Source: Nitrospinales bacterium (GTDB taxonomy: Bacteria > Nitrospinota > Nitrospinia > Nitrospinales > VA-1). From it: a DNA stretch of 64,000 nucleotides. A model generated the notes under the pieces. The model was not told the DNA's origin. It did not search any database and saw nothing but the letters and a program-made list of their open reading frames with translations. The DNA is taken from assembly GCA_965223795.1 (NCBI GenBank), contig CBDCXL010000002.1, positions 3,040,001 to 3,104,000 of the forward strand, given 5' to 3'. Within the stretch, counting starts at the first letter, position 1. Each line of letters opens with the position of its first letter. Of the stretch, positions 1 to 9,846 are shown one piece after another. Both the position numbers and the translations under genes were made by a program.

Positions 1-449
1 TCGAGGATGCCGCCTTCCACCAGGATCTTCGTCGCCTCGGCGATGGCTTTGATGATCCGCTCGTCGCAGTCCTGCGCGAGCAGCAGGATGGCGCGGGAGA
101 TCAGGAAATCCCCCACTAAAATGCTGGCGTCGCTGCCCCACTTGGAGTTGACGGTCTCGTTGCCGCGGCGCACGGTGGTTTCGTCGACCACGTCGTCGTG
201 CAGCAGGGTGGCGGCGTGAATGTATTCCACCACGCAGCCGTGCTTGATCACTGCGGCGTCGCCTTCCCGGCCGCAGAGCCGGGCGGAAATCAGCGTGAGC
301 AGCGGCCGGATCCGCTTTCCGCCCCCTTCCATGAGGTACCCGGCGATTCCCGGAATGAGAGGGACGTCCGAGGTGTAGTTTTTCTTGATGGCTTCCTCGA
401 CCTTAGCCAGATCCTCCTTGAAGAGTCTTGTGACGCCGCTGTATTCCAT
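1..449 (-). CDS. ispB: Polyprenyl diphosphate synthase (IspB-like), 3' end runs off window
   Basis: Manual translation of minus strand from ATG at 449: MEYSGVTRLF...GGGKRIRP...EYIHAATLLHDDVVDETTVRRG (FARM DDxxD motif); absent from the ORF track because it has no stop in the window. Confidence 0.85.
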   Translation of the reverse strand, partial: MEYSGVTRLFKEDLAKVEEAIKKNYTSDVPLIPGIAGYLMEGGGKRIRPLLTLISARLCGREGDAAVIKHGCVVEYIHAATLLHDDVVDETTVRRGNETVNSKWGSDASILVGDFLISRAILLLAQDCDERIIKAIAEATKILVEGGIL

Positions 450-789
450 GGTTGGGTCCACTTTTGATTTAGAGATAAGGACGGTTGGGGGAAGATCCGG
501 GAGGATCGCCTTTTTGGGTCCTGTTTTTGGCGTAAACGATTACTTTTATGGGAAAAACTCCATCTTGTCAAGCCAAAACCCAGAACCCGCGGGCGGACAA
601 ATCGGCGTTGGAATTCCCCCTTTCGGGCAGGTAAGGTTTTATAATAGCAGGGGCTCGGGTGCCTGGACGGCTTTTTCAGGAATCTCAGGCGCCCTGCCAG
701 GGTTGGTTGTATAACCTGTGGTATATCAAGCTTTTTTCATGTTCCCGGCGGGCGGACTGCGCGGGATCGAAATTCGTTTCGGGAAAATC

Positions 790-1665
790 ATGGACCGAAA
801 TCATCCCCGGTTGAGCGTGGTCGTTCCCACGTTCAACCGGGCCCATTGCCTGGGCGAAACGCTGGAATCGATCGTGAGCCAGAGTTACCGCGATTTTGAG
901 CTGATCGTGGTCGACGACGGCTCCACCGACGCCACCGGCGAGGTGGTTCAGCGCTTTGCAAAGGCGCGGTACCTGCGGCTTTCGGAAAATGCGGGCGTTT
1001 CGCACGCGCGCAACCGGGGGATCGCCCTGGCTTGCGGTGAATTCATCTGCTTTCTCGATTCGGACGATCTGTGGCTCAAGGATAAGCTCGAGCGGCAGAT
1101 CGAGTGGATGGACGCGCACCCGGAATGCACGGTGTGCTACACCGATGAGATCTGGATCCGCAACGGGGTGCGGGTGAATCCCATGAAAAAGCACGGTAAA
1201 TACAGCGGCGATATTTTCCGGCACTGCCTGCCGCTCTGCATCGTCAGTCCCTCGTCGGTGCTGATGCGGGCGTCGCTGTTCGAAGAGGTGGGGCGGTTCG
1301 ATGAAAGCCTGCCCGCCTGCGAGGATTACGACCTCTGGCTCCGCATTGCGCTCAGGCATCCGTTTCATTTCATCGACGCCAGGCTGATCGTCAAACGCGG
1401 CGGCCATGCGGATCAGTTGTCGGCGAAGCACTGGGGGATGGACCGGTTTCGCGTGCGGGCCCTGGAGAAACTGCTGCAGCGCGGCGATGTGCTGAGCCCT
1501 GAGCGGCGCGGCTGGGTGCTCGACACGCTGAAGCAGAAATGCGGCGTGCTGATCCAGGGAGCGCTGAAGCGGGGAAACCATGAACGGGCGGACGAGTACC
1601 GCGACCTGTTGCGGCGTCACGGGGCCGTGCCGGACGTTGTTGAAGAAGGAAGCGCTCAATTTTAA
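790..1665 (+). CDS. Glycosyltransferase family 2
   Basis: SVVVPTFNR, IVVDDGSTD, FLDSDD and EDYDLWLR motifs; ATG at 790 preferred over upstream GTG. Confidence 0.9.
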   Translation: MDRNHPRLSVVVPTFNRAHCLGETLESIVSQSYRDFELIVVDDGSTDATGEVVQRFAKARYLRLSENAGVSHARNRGIALACGEFICFLDSDDLWLKDKLERQIEWMDAHPECTVCYTDEIWIRNGVRVNPMKKHGKYSGDIFRHCLPLCIVSPSSVLMRASLFEEVGRFDESLPACEDYDLWLRIALRHPFHFIDARLIVKRGGHADQLSAKHWGMDRFRVRALEKLLQRGDVLSPERRGWVLDTLKQKCGVLIQGALKRGNHERADEYRDLLRRHGAVPDVVEEGSAQF

Positions 1666-1670
1666 ACTGT

Positions 1671-2849
1671 ATGATGGCAGACCCGCGATCGAACATAATA
1701 AATTTCAGCCGCAGGCGCACCGGCATGCTTTACGCTGTGGCAATGTCTGTGCTCGCCCTGTTTTTCGCGTCCGCGGCTTTGCAGGCGGTGGAGCGGCCGC
1801 AGGCGGCGATCGAGAAGATCCGCGCACGCAGCCTGGCAGTGCTTGAGGAAGCGCTCAAAAGCGAGAATGCCTTCGTGCGCGGTGCGGCGGCGCGGGCGGC
1901 GGGGGAGTCGCAAGATCCCGCTCTGATCCCGCTGCTCAAAAAAGCCGCCAAGGATGTCTACCACACGACGCGCCTGTTTGCTTTGAAAGGGCTCAACAAG
2001 GTTTCCAAAGAAGAAGCCCAGGCTCTGGCGGAGACGATGGCGAAGGACGCCAATGTCTGGGTGCAGGGCGCGGCGCTGGAAATTCTGGGGGAGGGGGGAG
2101 CACCCGGGGCACGCGAGCTCATCGTTCCGCATTTGAAATCGCCGGACCGGCCGGTGCGCCTGGCGGCCGCGGCGGCGCTGGTGAAGCTGGGTGAGAAAGA
2201 GTACCTGCCGCGGGTGTTGAAGGTGGCGAGCGACCCCAATGCGCTCGAGCGCTACCAGGCGATCGGCTATCTGGGAACGATGCCGCGGGAGAAAAGCCTG
2301 CCGGCGCTGATGGCCCTGCTGGTCGACGAGGAAGCGGAAACGGTTTATTACAGTCTGCAGGCGCTGGGCAAACGCGTGCCCAAAGAAATGACGCCGCGGC
2401 TCAACAAACTCACGCAAAGCGAAAATCCGTCGGTGCGCACTCAGGCGGTGCTGCTTTTGGGCTACCTGCCTTCCAAGAGTTCGCGCGAGCGCATCCACAC
2501 GCTTTGCGGCGATGCGGACGCGATGGTGCGCGTGTCCGCCGCGGTGGCGATGACGCGAATGGGGCATGCGGACTGTGTCGGGGTGTTCGAAAAGGAACTC
2601 AAGCATCCCGACTACGGCGTGCGCAGCACGACGGCGCGGATACTGGGAGAGCTGCCTTTGGAAAGCAAGGCGGATCTGCTGGCCGGTGTGCTTTCCGATG
2701 CCAACACGCGCGTGCGGACCTCGGCGGTGCGGGCGGTGGCCATGATGGGCGGCGCGCGCGCGTTTCCGCTGCTTGCCGGGATGCTGGACGATCCCCAGCC
2801 GGCGGTCCGCGCCTACGCCGCCGGGGGGCTGATGAAACTCACCCGGTGA
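1671..2849 (+). CDS. HEAT/PBS-lyase repeat protein with N-terminal signal/TM segment
   Basis: Recurrent D..xxVRxxAAxAL repeats; hydrophobic N-terminus. Confidence 0.85.
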   Translation: MMADPRSNIINFSRRRTGMLYAVAMSVLALFFASAALQAVERPQAAIEKIRARSLAVLEEALKSENAFVRGAAARAAGESQDPALIPLLKKAAKDVYHTTRLFALKGLNKVSKEEAQALAETMAKDANVWVQGAALEILGEGGAPGARELIVPHLKSPDRPVRLAAAAALVKLGEKEYLPRVLKVASDPNALERYQAIGYLGTMPREKSLPALMALLVDEEAETVYYSLQALGKRVPKEMTPRLNKLTQSENPSVRTQAVLLLGYLPSKSSRERIHTLCGDADAMVRVSAAVAMTRMGHADCVGVFEKELKHPDYGVRSTTARILGELPLESKADLLAGVLSDANTRVRTSAVRAVAMMGGARAFPLLAGMLDDPQPAVRAYAAGGLMKLTR

Positions 2850-3822
2850 CGCTCTGTCCGGAAAAGGAAGGCAGACCGACGATGCGTCCCTTGCGGCCGG
2901 GTTGCTTGAGCACGCCGGGCAGCGCCTGCACGATCGCGCTGGAGAGGGCGTCCTTGATGGCCTGTTTGTGGAAGGCGCGGCTGCAGACGATGCTGACCTC
3001 GCGGGTGGGCGCGGGATCGGTGAAGCGGCGGATTTTTTTCTTTTGCTCGGATTCGCGCATCTCCTGAATCGCCAGATAAGGCAGCAGCGTGTAGCCGAGT
3101 TTTTTGTCGACCAGCCGTTTCAGGGTTTCCAGGTTGCCGCTTTCGAACACCAGGTTTTTGTGCTCGGCCTTCACGGCTTTGCGTTTCCGGCACAGATCGA
3201 CCACCTGATCGCGGAAACAATGCCCTTCGTTGAGCAGCCAGATGTCCTTGAGGTTCAATTCGTTCTCGGCGATGCGCTGCTGCTTGTGCAGGGGGTGCCT
3301 GGGAGAGAGGTAGACGACGAAGGGTTCGTAGAACAGGACCTGCTCCACGATACCCCGCGTGTTCAAGGGAGTCACCAGGATGCCCGCGTCGATCGCGTCC
3401 TCTTTGAGCTTGTCGATGATCTGCCCGGTCTGCAGTTCTTCGATCACAAGATCGACCTGCGGGTGTTTAGTGATGAACTCTTCGAGAAACAGGGGCAACA
3501 GATAGGGAGCCAGAGTGGGGATCACGCCGAGTTTGAATTCCCCTTTGATTTCCTCTTTTTCGCTGTGGATGATCTCTTCGATGCGCGACACCTCCCACGC
3601 GACGGTCTGCGCCTGCTCGACGATCTTTCTGCCGATCGCCGTCGGCTGCACGGGTTTTTTCGTGCGGTCGAAGATCAGCACACCGAGGTCCTCTTCCAGC
3701 TTCTGGATCTGCATGCTGAGCGTCGGCTGGGTGACGAAGCAGGACCGCGCCGCGCGGCCGAAATGGCCCTCGCGCGCCACCGCCAGGATGTAATTCAACT
3801 GTGTGAGAGTGATAGGTATCAT
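2839..3822 (-). CDS. oxyR: LysR-family hydrogen-peroxide sensor OxyR
   Basis: LysR HTH (HFGRAARSCFVTQPTLSMQI); GHCFRDQVVDLC keeps both redox cysteines 9 residues apart; divergent from dps. Confidence 0.9.
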   Translation of the reverse strand: MIPITLTQLNYILAVAREGHFGRAARSCFVTQPTLSMQIQKLEEDLGVLIFDRTKKPVQPTAIGRKIVEQAQTVAWEVSRIEEIIHSEKEEIKGEFKLGVIPTLAPYLLPLFLEEFITKHPQVDLVIEELQTGQIIDKLKEDAIDAGILVTPLNTRGIVEQVLFYEPFVVYLSPRHPLHKQQRIAENELNLKDIWLLNEGHCFRDQVVDLCRKRKAVKAEHKNLVFESGNLETLKRLVDKKLGYTLLPYLAIQEMRESEQKKKIRRFTDPAPTREVSIVCSRAFHKQAIKDALSSAIVQALPGVLKQPGRKGRIVGLPSFSGQSVTG

Positions 3823-3856
3823 CTATGTTATTATAAATTTAATAGATTAGACTTAT
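3812..3856. promoter_or_regulatory. OxyR-type operator
   Basis: ATAG-N7-CTAT at 3812-3826 (overlaps oxyR start codon) and ATAG-N7-TTAT at 3842-3856 between divergent oxyR and dps. Confidence 0.65.
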
Positions 3857-3919
3857 CAATGAAAATCGCTATCATGGTTTCAGTAAGCACGTTCACCTGA
3901 TTGAACAAGGAGAAAGACC

Positions 3920-4390
3920 ATGAATATCGACATCGGAATCGCTGAAAAAGAACGCAAAGAGGTCGCGCAGGGGTTGTCCCAACTCCTCGCCGATACCTAT
4001 ACTCTGTATCTTAAAACCCACAACTTCCACTGGAACGTCAAAGGCCCGCATTTTCATGACCTGCACCTGATGTTTGAATCGCAATACAATCAGCTGTCAG
4101 AAGCCGTGGATGAGCTCGCCGAACGCATTCGCGCCCTCGGGTTCCCGGCGCCGGGCACGTTCCGCGAGTTCGGTCAGTTGAGTTCCATCGAGGAGGCGAA
4201 GGGCGTGCCCAGGGCCGGCGATATGATCCGGGAGCTTTTGCAGGGGCATGAAACGGCAAGCCGGACGGCACGCGGCGTGTTCCCCGCGACCGATCGTGGA
4301 GAGGATGAGGTCACGAAAGACCTTTTGATCGAACGGATGAATGAGCATGAAAAAACCGCCTGGATGCTGCGGAGTCTTCTGGATGAGTGA
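3920..4390 (+). CDS. dps: Dps family mini-ferritin
   Basis: KTHNFHWNVKGPHFHDLHLMFE, DELAERI, HEKTAWML; AGGAG RBS. Confidence 0.95.
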   Translation: MNIDIGIAEKERKEVAQGLSQLLADTYTLYLKTHNFHWNVKGPHFHDLHLMFESQYNQLSEAVDELAERIRALGFPAPGTFREFGQLSSIEEAKGVPRAGDMIRELLQGHETASRTARGVFPATDRGEDEVTKDLLIERMNEHEKTAWMLRSLLDE

Positions 4391-4434
4391 ACGCACACAG
4401 GTCCAACCCTAAACACTAATAAAGGAATGGAGCG

Positions 4435-5478
4435 ATGAAACGAAGAAAACAAAAGTTCTGCGAACATACGCCACGAACGGGAGCGCTGCTGATGATCGGT
4501 GTGTTTGCCCTGGGAATGGCCTTGAGCGGCGCACCGGTCCACGCGGAAGATTCTTTTTACGAACCGCTTCCGGAGATGAAGCACCCGAAAGACAACCCGT
4601 GGTCGGAGGAAAAGGAGGAACTGGGAAAATGGCTGTACTTCGATCCCCGGCTTTCGGGGAGCAACTGGATCAGCTGCGCCACCTGCCACAACCCGGGACT
4701 GGGCTGGAGCGACGGACTGCCCCTCTCGGTCGGACACGGCCAGAAAGAGCTGGGCCGGCATTCGCCCACGGTCATCAACAGCGGCTATTTCGAGCTGCAG
4801 TTCTGGGACGGCCGCGCCAAGACCCTGGAAGAGCAGGCCAAGGGCCCCATCCAGTCCTCCGTGGAAATGAAACAGGATTACGATGGGCTGGTTAAGGAGC
4901 TGAAGGCGATCCCCGGGTATGTGAAGCGTTTCGAGGAGGTGTTCGGCAAGAATTCGATCAACATCGACAACATCGCCAAAGCCATCGCGACGTTCGAGCG
5001 GTCGGTGGTTTCCAACAACGCGCCTTACGACTATTACTGGGGTGGAGACAAATCCGCCATGTCGAAAAGCGCCATCAACGGCATGAACCTGTTTTTCGGC
5101 AAGGCAAAATGTTCCATCTGCCACAACGGCCCGGCGTTCACCGACAGCAAGTTCCACAACATCGGCGTCAAGCCGCAGGGTCCGCTCAAAGACGACCCCG
5201 GCCGCTTCAAGGTGACCAAGGAGGAATTCGACCGGGGCGCGTTCAAGACGCCGGGACTCCGGGACATCACCAAGTCCCCGCCTTACATGCACAACGGCAG
5301 CTTGAAAACCCTGGAGGACGTGATCGCGTTTTACAACCGGGGCGGCGATGTGGAAAAAAACCGCAGCCCGTTCATCACGCCTCTGGGACTCAGCAAACAG
5401 GAGGAAAAGGACCTGGTGGAATTCATGAAGGCGCTGGACGGCGAGCCCATCACCGTCACGGTGGGTCAACTTCCTTAA
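4435..5478 (+). CDS. Di-heme cytochrome c peroxidase (CCP/MauG family)
   Basis: Signal peptide; LYFDPRLS, CATCH and CSICH heme motifs, QFWDGRA, FKTPGLR, PYMHNG. Confidence 0.9.
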   Translation: MKRRKQKFCEHTPRTGALLMIGVFALGMALSGAPVHAEDSFYEPLPEMKHPKDNPWSEEKEELGKWLYFDPRLSGSNWISCATCHNPGLGWSDGLPLSVGHGQKELGRHSPTVINSGYFELQFWDGRAKTLEEQAKGPIQSSVEMKQDYDGLVKELKAIPGYVKRFEEVFGKNSINIDNIAKAIATFERSVVSNNAPYDYYWGGDKSAMSKSAINGMNLFFGKAKCSICHNGPAFTDSKFHNIGVKPQGPLKDDPGRFKVTKEEFDRGAFKTPGLRDITKSPPYMHNGSLKTLEDVIAFYNRGGDVEKNRSPFITPLGLSKQEEKDLVEFMKALDGEPITVTVGQLP

Positions 5479-5497
5479 GTATCGAACGGGCGCAAGC

Positions 5498-5534
5498 AAA
5501 AACCCTCTCTCCCGCGGGAGAGAGGGTTTTTTTT
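5498..5534. terminator. Bidirectional intrinsic terminator
   Basis: AAAAACCCTCTCTCCC-GC-GGGAGAGAGGGTTTTT hairpin with A and T tracts between convergent genes. Confidence 0.8.
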
Positions 5535-5553
5535 ATACGGTTCGACAGCCTGT

Positions 5554-6984
5554 TCAGCAGCGGTCGTAATCGTCCTGGTAGCGGGTGATGTCGTTTTCGT
5601 CGATCGTCTCGCCGATCTGCACTTCGATCAGGATGAGCGGCGTGCTCTGGCTGTTGCCCAGGCGGTGGCGGGATTTTTGCGGGATGAAGACCGATTCGTT
5701 GGTCTGCAGCGCAAAGGTCTTGTCGTCGATCTGCACGTCCGCGGTCCCGGCCACGACGGTCCAGTGCTCGCTTCTGTGGTTGTGGGACTGCAGGCTGAGC
5801 TGCTCGCCCGGATGCACATCCAGCCGTTTCACCAGGTAACCGGCGCGTTTTTCCAGCACCGTGTAGGAGCCCCAGGGCTTGGGCACGGTGGCGGGCAGGT
5901 GCGCTTCGGGGCGTTTTTCCTTTTTCAGGCTCTCGACGATTTTCTTCACATCCTGGGCGCGTTCCTTGGAACAGACCAGCAGCGCGTCGGGCGTGTCGAC
6001 GACGATCTGGTCTTTCAACCCGAGCGCGGCGACCAGCCGTTCCTCTCCCTGCACCAGGGTGCCGGTGCAGTCTTTGAGGATGGCGTTCTCGGTGGCCACA
6101 TTGCCGTCGGCGTCCTTCGGCAGCACCTCATCGAGGGCGGTCCAGCAGCCCACGTCGCTCCACTGGATGCCGGCGGGGATGAGGGCGACGCGCCTGGATT
6201 TTTCCAGAATCGCGTGGTCGATGGAGATCGACGGCAGCTCCTGATACAGGGCTGCACCCTGTTTGTCCAGCACGCGGTAGGGAAATTTCTTTTTGTTCCC
6301 GATCGTGTGCGCGGCGATCGCGTCGAGCCTTTCGTGCAGCTCCGGCAGGTGGGCGAGGATTTCATCGAGGATCGCCGCCGCCTTCCAGACGAACACGCCG
6401 CAGTTCCAGAAATAGCCCCCCTGGGCGATGAACGCTTTGGCTTTTTCCACTTTGGGTTTCTCGACGAAGCGCTGCACCTTGTACGCTTCCGTTTCGCAAT
6501 CGAGCGGTTCGCCTTTCAGGATATATCCGTATCCCGTTTCCGGGCGCGTCGGGGCGATGCCGAGCGTCACCAGGTGCCCCTGCTCAGCCACCTCTTCAGC
6601 GTTTTTTAGAACGGCGCGGAAGTTTTCCGGATCGGTCACGATGTGGTCCGCCGGGAACACGGCCATCACCGCATCGGGATCGTCTTCGATGAGGACGCGG
6701 GCGGCGAAACCGATGGCGGCGGCGGTGTTCCTGCCGACCGGCTCGGCCAGCAGCCGCTGCGGCGAAAACCCGGTGTCCGCCAGCTGGCGGCAGGCCTCGA
6801 TCGCGTGCAGGGCATGCGTCACCAGCCACACCCGCTCAGCCGGGATCAACGGCTCAAGCCGGCTCAGGGTGCCCTGCAGCAGGGTCTCGCTGCCGGTGAT
6901 GTTGAGAAACTGCTTGGGGACCTGTTCGCGGCTTTTCGGCCAGAACCGGGTGCCGCTGCCGCCTGCTAATATGACGCCGTGCAT
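5554..6984 (-). CDS. manC: Mannose-1-phosphate guanylyltransferase / mannose-6-phosphate isomerase
   Basis: ILAGGSGTRFWPKSR, EPVGRNTA, FVEKP, C-terminal cupin (KPWGSY, LSLQSHNHRSEHW). Confidence 0.92.
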   Translation of the reverse strand: MHGVILAGGSGTRFWPKSREQVPKQFLNITGSETLLQGTLSRLEPLIPAERVWLVTHALHAIEACRQLADTGFSPQRLLAEPVGRNTAAAIGFAARVLIEDDPDAVMAVFPADHIVTDPENFRAVLKNAEEVAEQGHLVTLGIAPTRPETGYGYILKGEPLDCETEAYKVQRFVEKPKVEKAKAFIAQGGYFWNCGVFVWKAAAILDEILAHLPELHERLDAIAAHTIGNKKKFPYRVLDKQGAALYQELPSISIDHAILEKSRRVALIPAGIQWSDVGCWTALDEVLPKDADGNVATENAILKDCTGTLVQGEERLVAALGLKDQIVVDTPDALLVCSKERAQDVKKIVESLKKEKRPEAHLPATVPKPWGSYTVLEKRAGYLVKRLDVHPGEQLSLQSHNHRSEHWTVVAGTADVQIDDKTFALQTNESVFIPQKSRHRLGNSQSTPLILIEVQIGETIDENDITRYQDDYDRC

Positions 6985-7044
6985 GGATGGACTCGAATTG
7001 GAGGTGGGTTGGGAGATGCCGGGAAATCCTTGAGATTAAAAAGC

Positions 7045-7240
7045 TTGATCGCACATTGAATTTGTTTATGATAGGGTTTCCGCTTTACAAGCGCGGTGGC
7101 ATCCCGATCATGGCTCCGGAACGTGAGAGGAACGGAATCGCTGTGCGGAACTCCGGAGGTGGAATCCATTCTAGCGGAATTGACATCCAAGCACTAGTAA
7201 AAACCCGATTGCGGACGGAGACCCCCCCGTCCGTTTTTTT
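7045..7240 (+). promoter_or_regulatory. Putative sigma70 promoter plus ~160-nt leader ending in an intrinsic terminator upstream of ZIP gene
   Basis: TTGATC-N16-TATGAT (7045-7072); hairpin GCGGACGG/CCGTCCGT followed by T7 (7211-7240) 36 nt before the ZIP start. Confidence 0.5.
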
Positions 7241-7276
7241 AACGAATTTTGAGTCACAGCAGAAAGCGCCGGCTGA

Positions 7277-8002
7277 ATGGAAAAAGCGGTTTTTTATCCC
7301 TTCCTGTTTTTCGTGTTCCTGATCACCATGATCGGCGGATGGATTCCCACGGTGCGGCCGTGGTCGCAGTCCACGTTCCGCATGATCATCAGCTTCTGCG
7401 CGGGCGTGCTGCTGGGAGCGGTGTTTTTCCACATCCTGCCGGAGATCACCTCGGTGCTGGGCGGCACGGTGGGGTATTCGATCATGGCGGGATTTTTGAT
7501 GATCTTCGTGATGGAAAAATTCATCATGGTGCATCCCTGCGAGGAAGGCGAATGCGATTACCACTCGATCGGCCTGTCTGCGTATGTGGGGATCGGCTTT
7601 CACAGCATCCTGGACGGCATCGCCATCGGCGTCGGCAGCATGATGAACCTGAGCCTGGTGATCATCCTCGCGGTCACGGTGCACAAGTTTCCCGCGGCGC
7701 TGGCGCTCAGCAGCCTGTTCGTCAAGGGCGGGACCTACAACCGGCAGAAGATCCTCACTTCGATGTTCATCTTTTCCCTGGCCACGCCGCTCGGGGCGAT
7801 CGCGTCGCTGTTTCTGTTTCAGGGGCTCGATCCCACGGTGCTCGCGGTGGCGCTGGGCATCTCGGCCGGGACCTTCCTGTTCATCTCCACGGCGGACCTG
7901 CTTCCCACGGTGTATGAGGAGCACGACAAGAAAGAGTACAAAAACCTCGTCTGCCTCTGCCTGGGCATTCTTTTCATGATCCTGTCGCACGGGCTCGTGT
8001 GA
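7277..8002 (+). CDS. ZIP family divalent metal transporter
   Basis: Multiple TM helices; AGVLLGAVFFHILPE, HSILDG, HKFPA, AGTFLFI..DLLP motifs. Confidence 0.9.
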   Translation: MEKAVFYPFLFFVFLITMIGGWIPTVRPWSQSTFRMIISFCAGVLLGAVFFHILPEITSVLGGTVGYSIMAGFLMIFVMEKFIMVHPCEEGECDYHSIGLSAYVGIGFHSILDGIAIGVGSMMNLSLVIILAVTVHKFPAALALSSLFVKGGTYNRQKILTSMFIFSLATPLGAIASLFLFQGLDPTVLAVALGISAGTFLFISTADLLPTVYEEHDKKEYKNLVCLCLGILFMILSHGLV

Positions 8003-8097
8003 CCCTCCCGCCCCGCGCGGCCGCCGTCCGATCAATCGGCACTGGGGATCGCGGCCGCTCTGTGATTCAATAGAGAAAAAATGGATTTTTGAGGACG

Positions 8098-9846
8098 ATG
8101 AAGGACTTCTTCCGGGCGCTTCTGCCCTATATGAAACGCTACCGGCGCGAGATGGCCATCGGCATGATCGCGCTCTTGGTGACCGACGCCGGCTCGGTGG
8201 CGATCCCCTGGCTGCTCAAGGAATTCGTCGACCTTTTGCCGAAGGAACCCTCGGCGGCGACGCTGCTCAAATATTCCGGGCTGCTGTTCGCGGTGTCGGT
8301 GGTGCTGGCGATCGGCCGCTACGGCTGGCGCAAGTACATGTTCGGTCCTTCGCGCAAGGTGGAGTTCGATATCTTGAACGGCCTGTTCGAGCACCTGCTG
8401 ACGCTGGACCGGTTCTTTTTTCAGAACCGCAAGATCGGCGATCTGATCTCGCGCGCGACCAACGATCTGCGCGCGGTGCGGGATTTCGTCGGGCTTGCGC
8501 TTCTCATCCTGGTGGACACGACGGCGGTGATGATTGCGGCGGTGGCGCTGATGCTGGTGATCCACCCCATGCTGACGCTGTGGGTGCTGCTGCCCCTGCC
8601 GCTGGTTTCGGTCATCTTTTTTGTGCTGATCCGCGAGATCGGCCGGCGGCATCAGGCGGTGCAGGAGCATCTGGCGTCGCTCACGGCGCGGGTGCAGGAG
8701 AACCTCGCGGGCATCCGCGTGCTGCACGCGTTCGCGCAGGAAGAAATCGAAAAGCAGCGATTCGATGCACTCAACCGCGAGTACATCCAAAAAAACCTCA
8801 GCGTGACGCGGCTGTTCGCGCTGCTCTCGCCGTCGCTGGTGTTCGTTCTCGGCGTGTCGGCGGTGATCTCCATCTGGCTGGGCGCCAAGGCGGTGATCGC
8901 GGGCGACATGACGCCCGGCGAGTTCGTGGCGTTCAACGGCTACCTGATGATGCTGTCCTGGCCGATGATGAGCATCGGCTACGTGACCAACCTGACGCAG
9001 AAGGGCAAGGCCGCGATGCGGCGTATCCAGGAGCTGTTCGACGCTAAGCCCGTGGTGCGCGACGGCGCCGAACCGCACGGTTCCATTCAAGGCCGCATCG
9101 AAATCCGCAACCTTGTGTTTACCTATCCGGAATCCGAAGCGCAGAGCTTGAGCGGCATCGACTGCACCGTCCCCGCGGGGCAGAGCGTCGCCATCGTCGG
9201 CAAGATCGGCTCGGGAAAAAGCACGCTGGCGCAGATGCTGCCCCGGCTGTGGGAAACGCAAGCAGCGGACAGCGTGCTGATCGACGGCAAGCCGGTGCGG
9301 GCGTTCCCGCTGACCCGGCTCAGGCAGAGCATCGGCTATGTGGATCAGGAACCGTATTTGTTTTCCATGTCGATCCGCGACAACATCGCGCTGGGGAAGA
9401 AGGACGCCACGGACGCGGAGATCGACCGCGTGGTGCAGCACGCCGGTCTGGTGCCGGACCTTGAGCGCTTTCCCGAAGGGCTCGACACGATGGTGGGGGA
9501 GCGCGGCGTGTCGCTGTCGGGCGGGCAGAAGCAGCGCATCGCCCTGGCCCGCGCGCTGATCAAACAGCCGCGCATTCTGATCCTCGACGACGCATTTTCC
9601 AGCCTGGACGTGGAGACGGAAGAGACCATCCTGAAAAGCATCCGCGACACCATGAAAACCACGACGACGGTGATCATCACGCACCGCCTGTCGATCGCCG
9701 CCTACGTGGATCAGATCCTGGTTCTGGACGCGGGCAGCGTCGCCGAGCGTGGCACGCACGCGGAGCTGCTCAGGCAGAACGGACGCTACGCGCAGATGCA
9801 CCAGAACCAGGCGCTGGCGCGGGAAATGGAAATCGAGCTGCAATGA
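8098..9846 (+). CDS. ABC exporter, fused permease/ATPase (MdlA/YheI-like subunit)
   Basis: TM domain + GKIGSGKS Walker A, LSGGQ, degenerate Walker B ILILDD. Confidence 0.92.
   Translation: MKDFFRALLPYMKRYRREMAIGMIALLVTDAGSVAIPWLLKEFVDLLPKEPSAATLLKYSGLLFAVSVVLAIGRYGWRKYMFGPSRKVEFDILNGLFEHLLTLDRFFFQNRKIGDLISRATNDLRAVRDFVGLALLILVDTTAVMIAAVALMLVIHPMLTLWVLLPLPLVSVIFFVLIREIGRRHQAVQEHLASLTARVQENLAGIRVLHAFAQEEIEKQRFDALNREYIQKNLSVTRLFALLSPSLVFVLGVSAVISIWLGAKAVIAGDMTPGEFVAFNGYLMMLSWPMMSIGYVTNLTQKGKAAMRRIQELFDAKPVVRDGAEPHGSIQGRIEIRNLVFTYPESEAQSLSGIDCTVPAGQSVAIVGKIGSGKSTLAQMLPRLWETQAADSVLIDGKPVRAFPLTRLRQSIGYVDQEPYLFSMSIRDNIALGKKDATDAEIDRVVQHAGLVPDLERFPEGLDTMVGERGVSLSGGQKQRIALARALIKQPRILILDDAFSSLDVETEETILKSIRDTMKTTTTVIITHRLSIAAYVDQILVLDAGSVAERGTHAELLRQNGRYAQMHQNQALAREMEIELQ

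Noticed and set aside
7079..7240. tRNA, 6S RNA or a known metal riboswitch
   Set aside because: No cloverleaf or T-loop, the ends do not form a long closing stem, and I could not find yybP-ykoY, M-box or NiCo consensus elements by eye; kept only as an unknown leader
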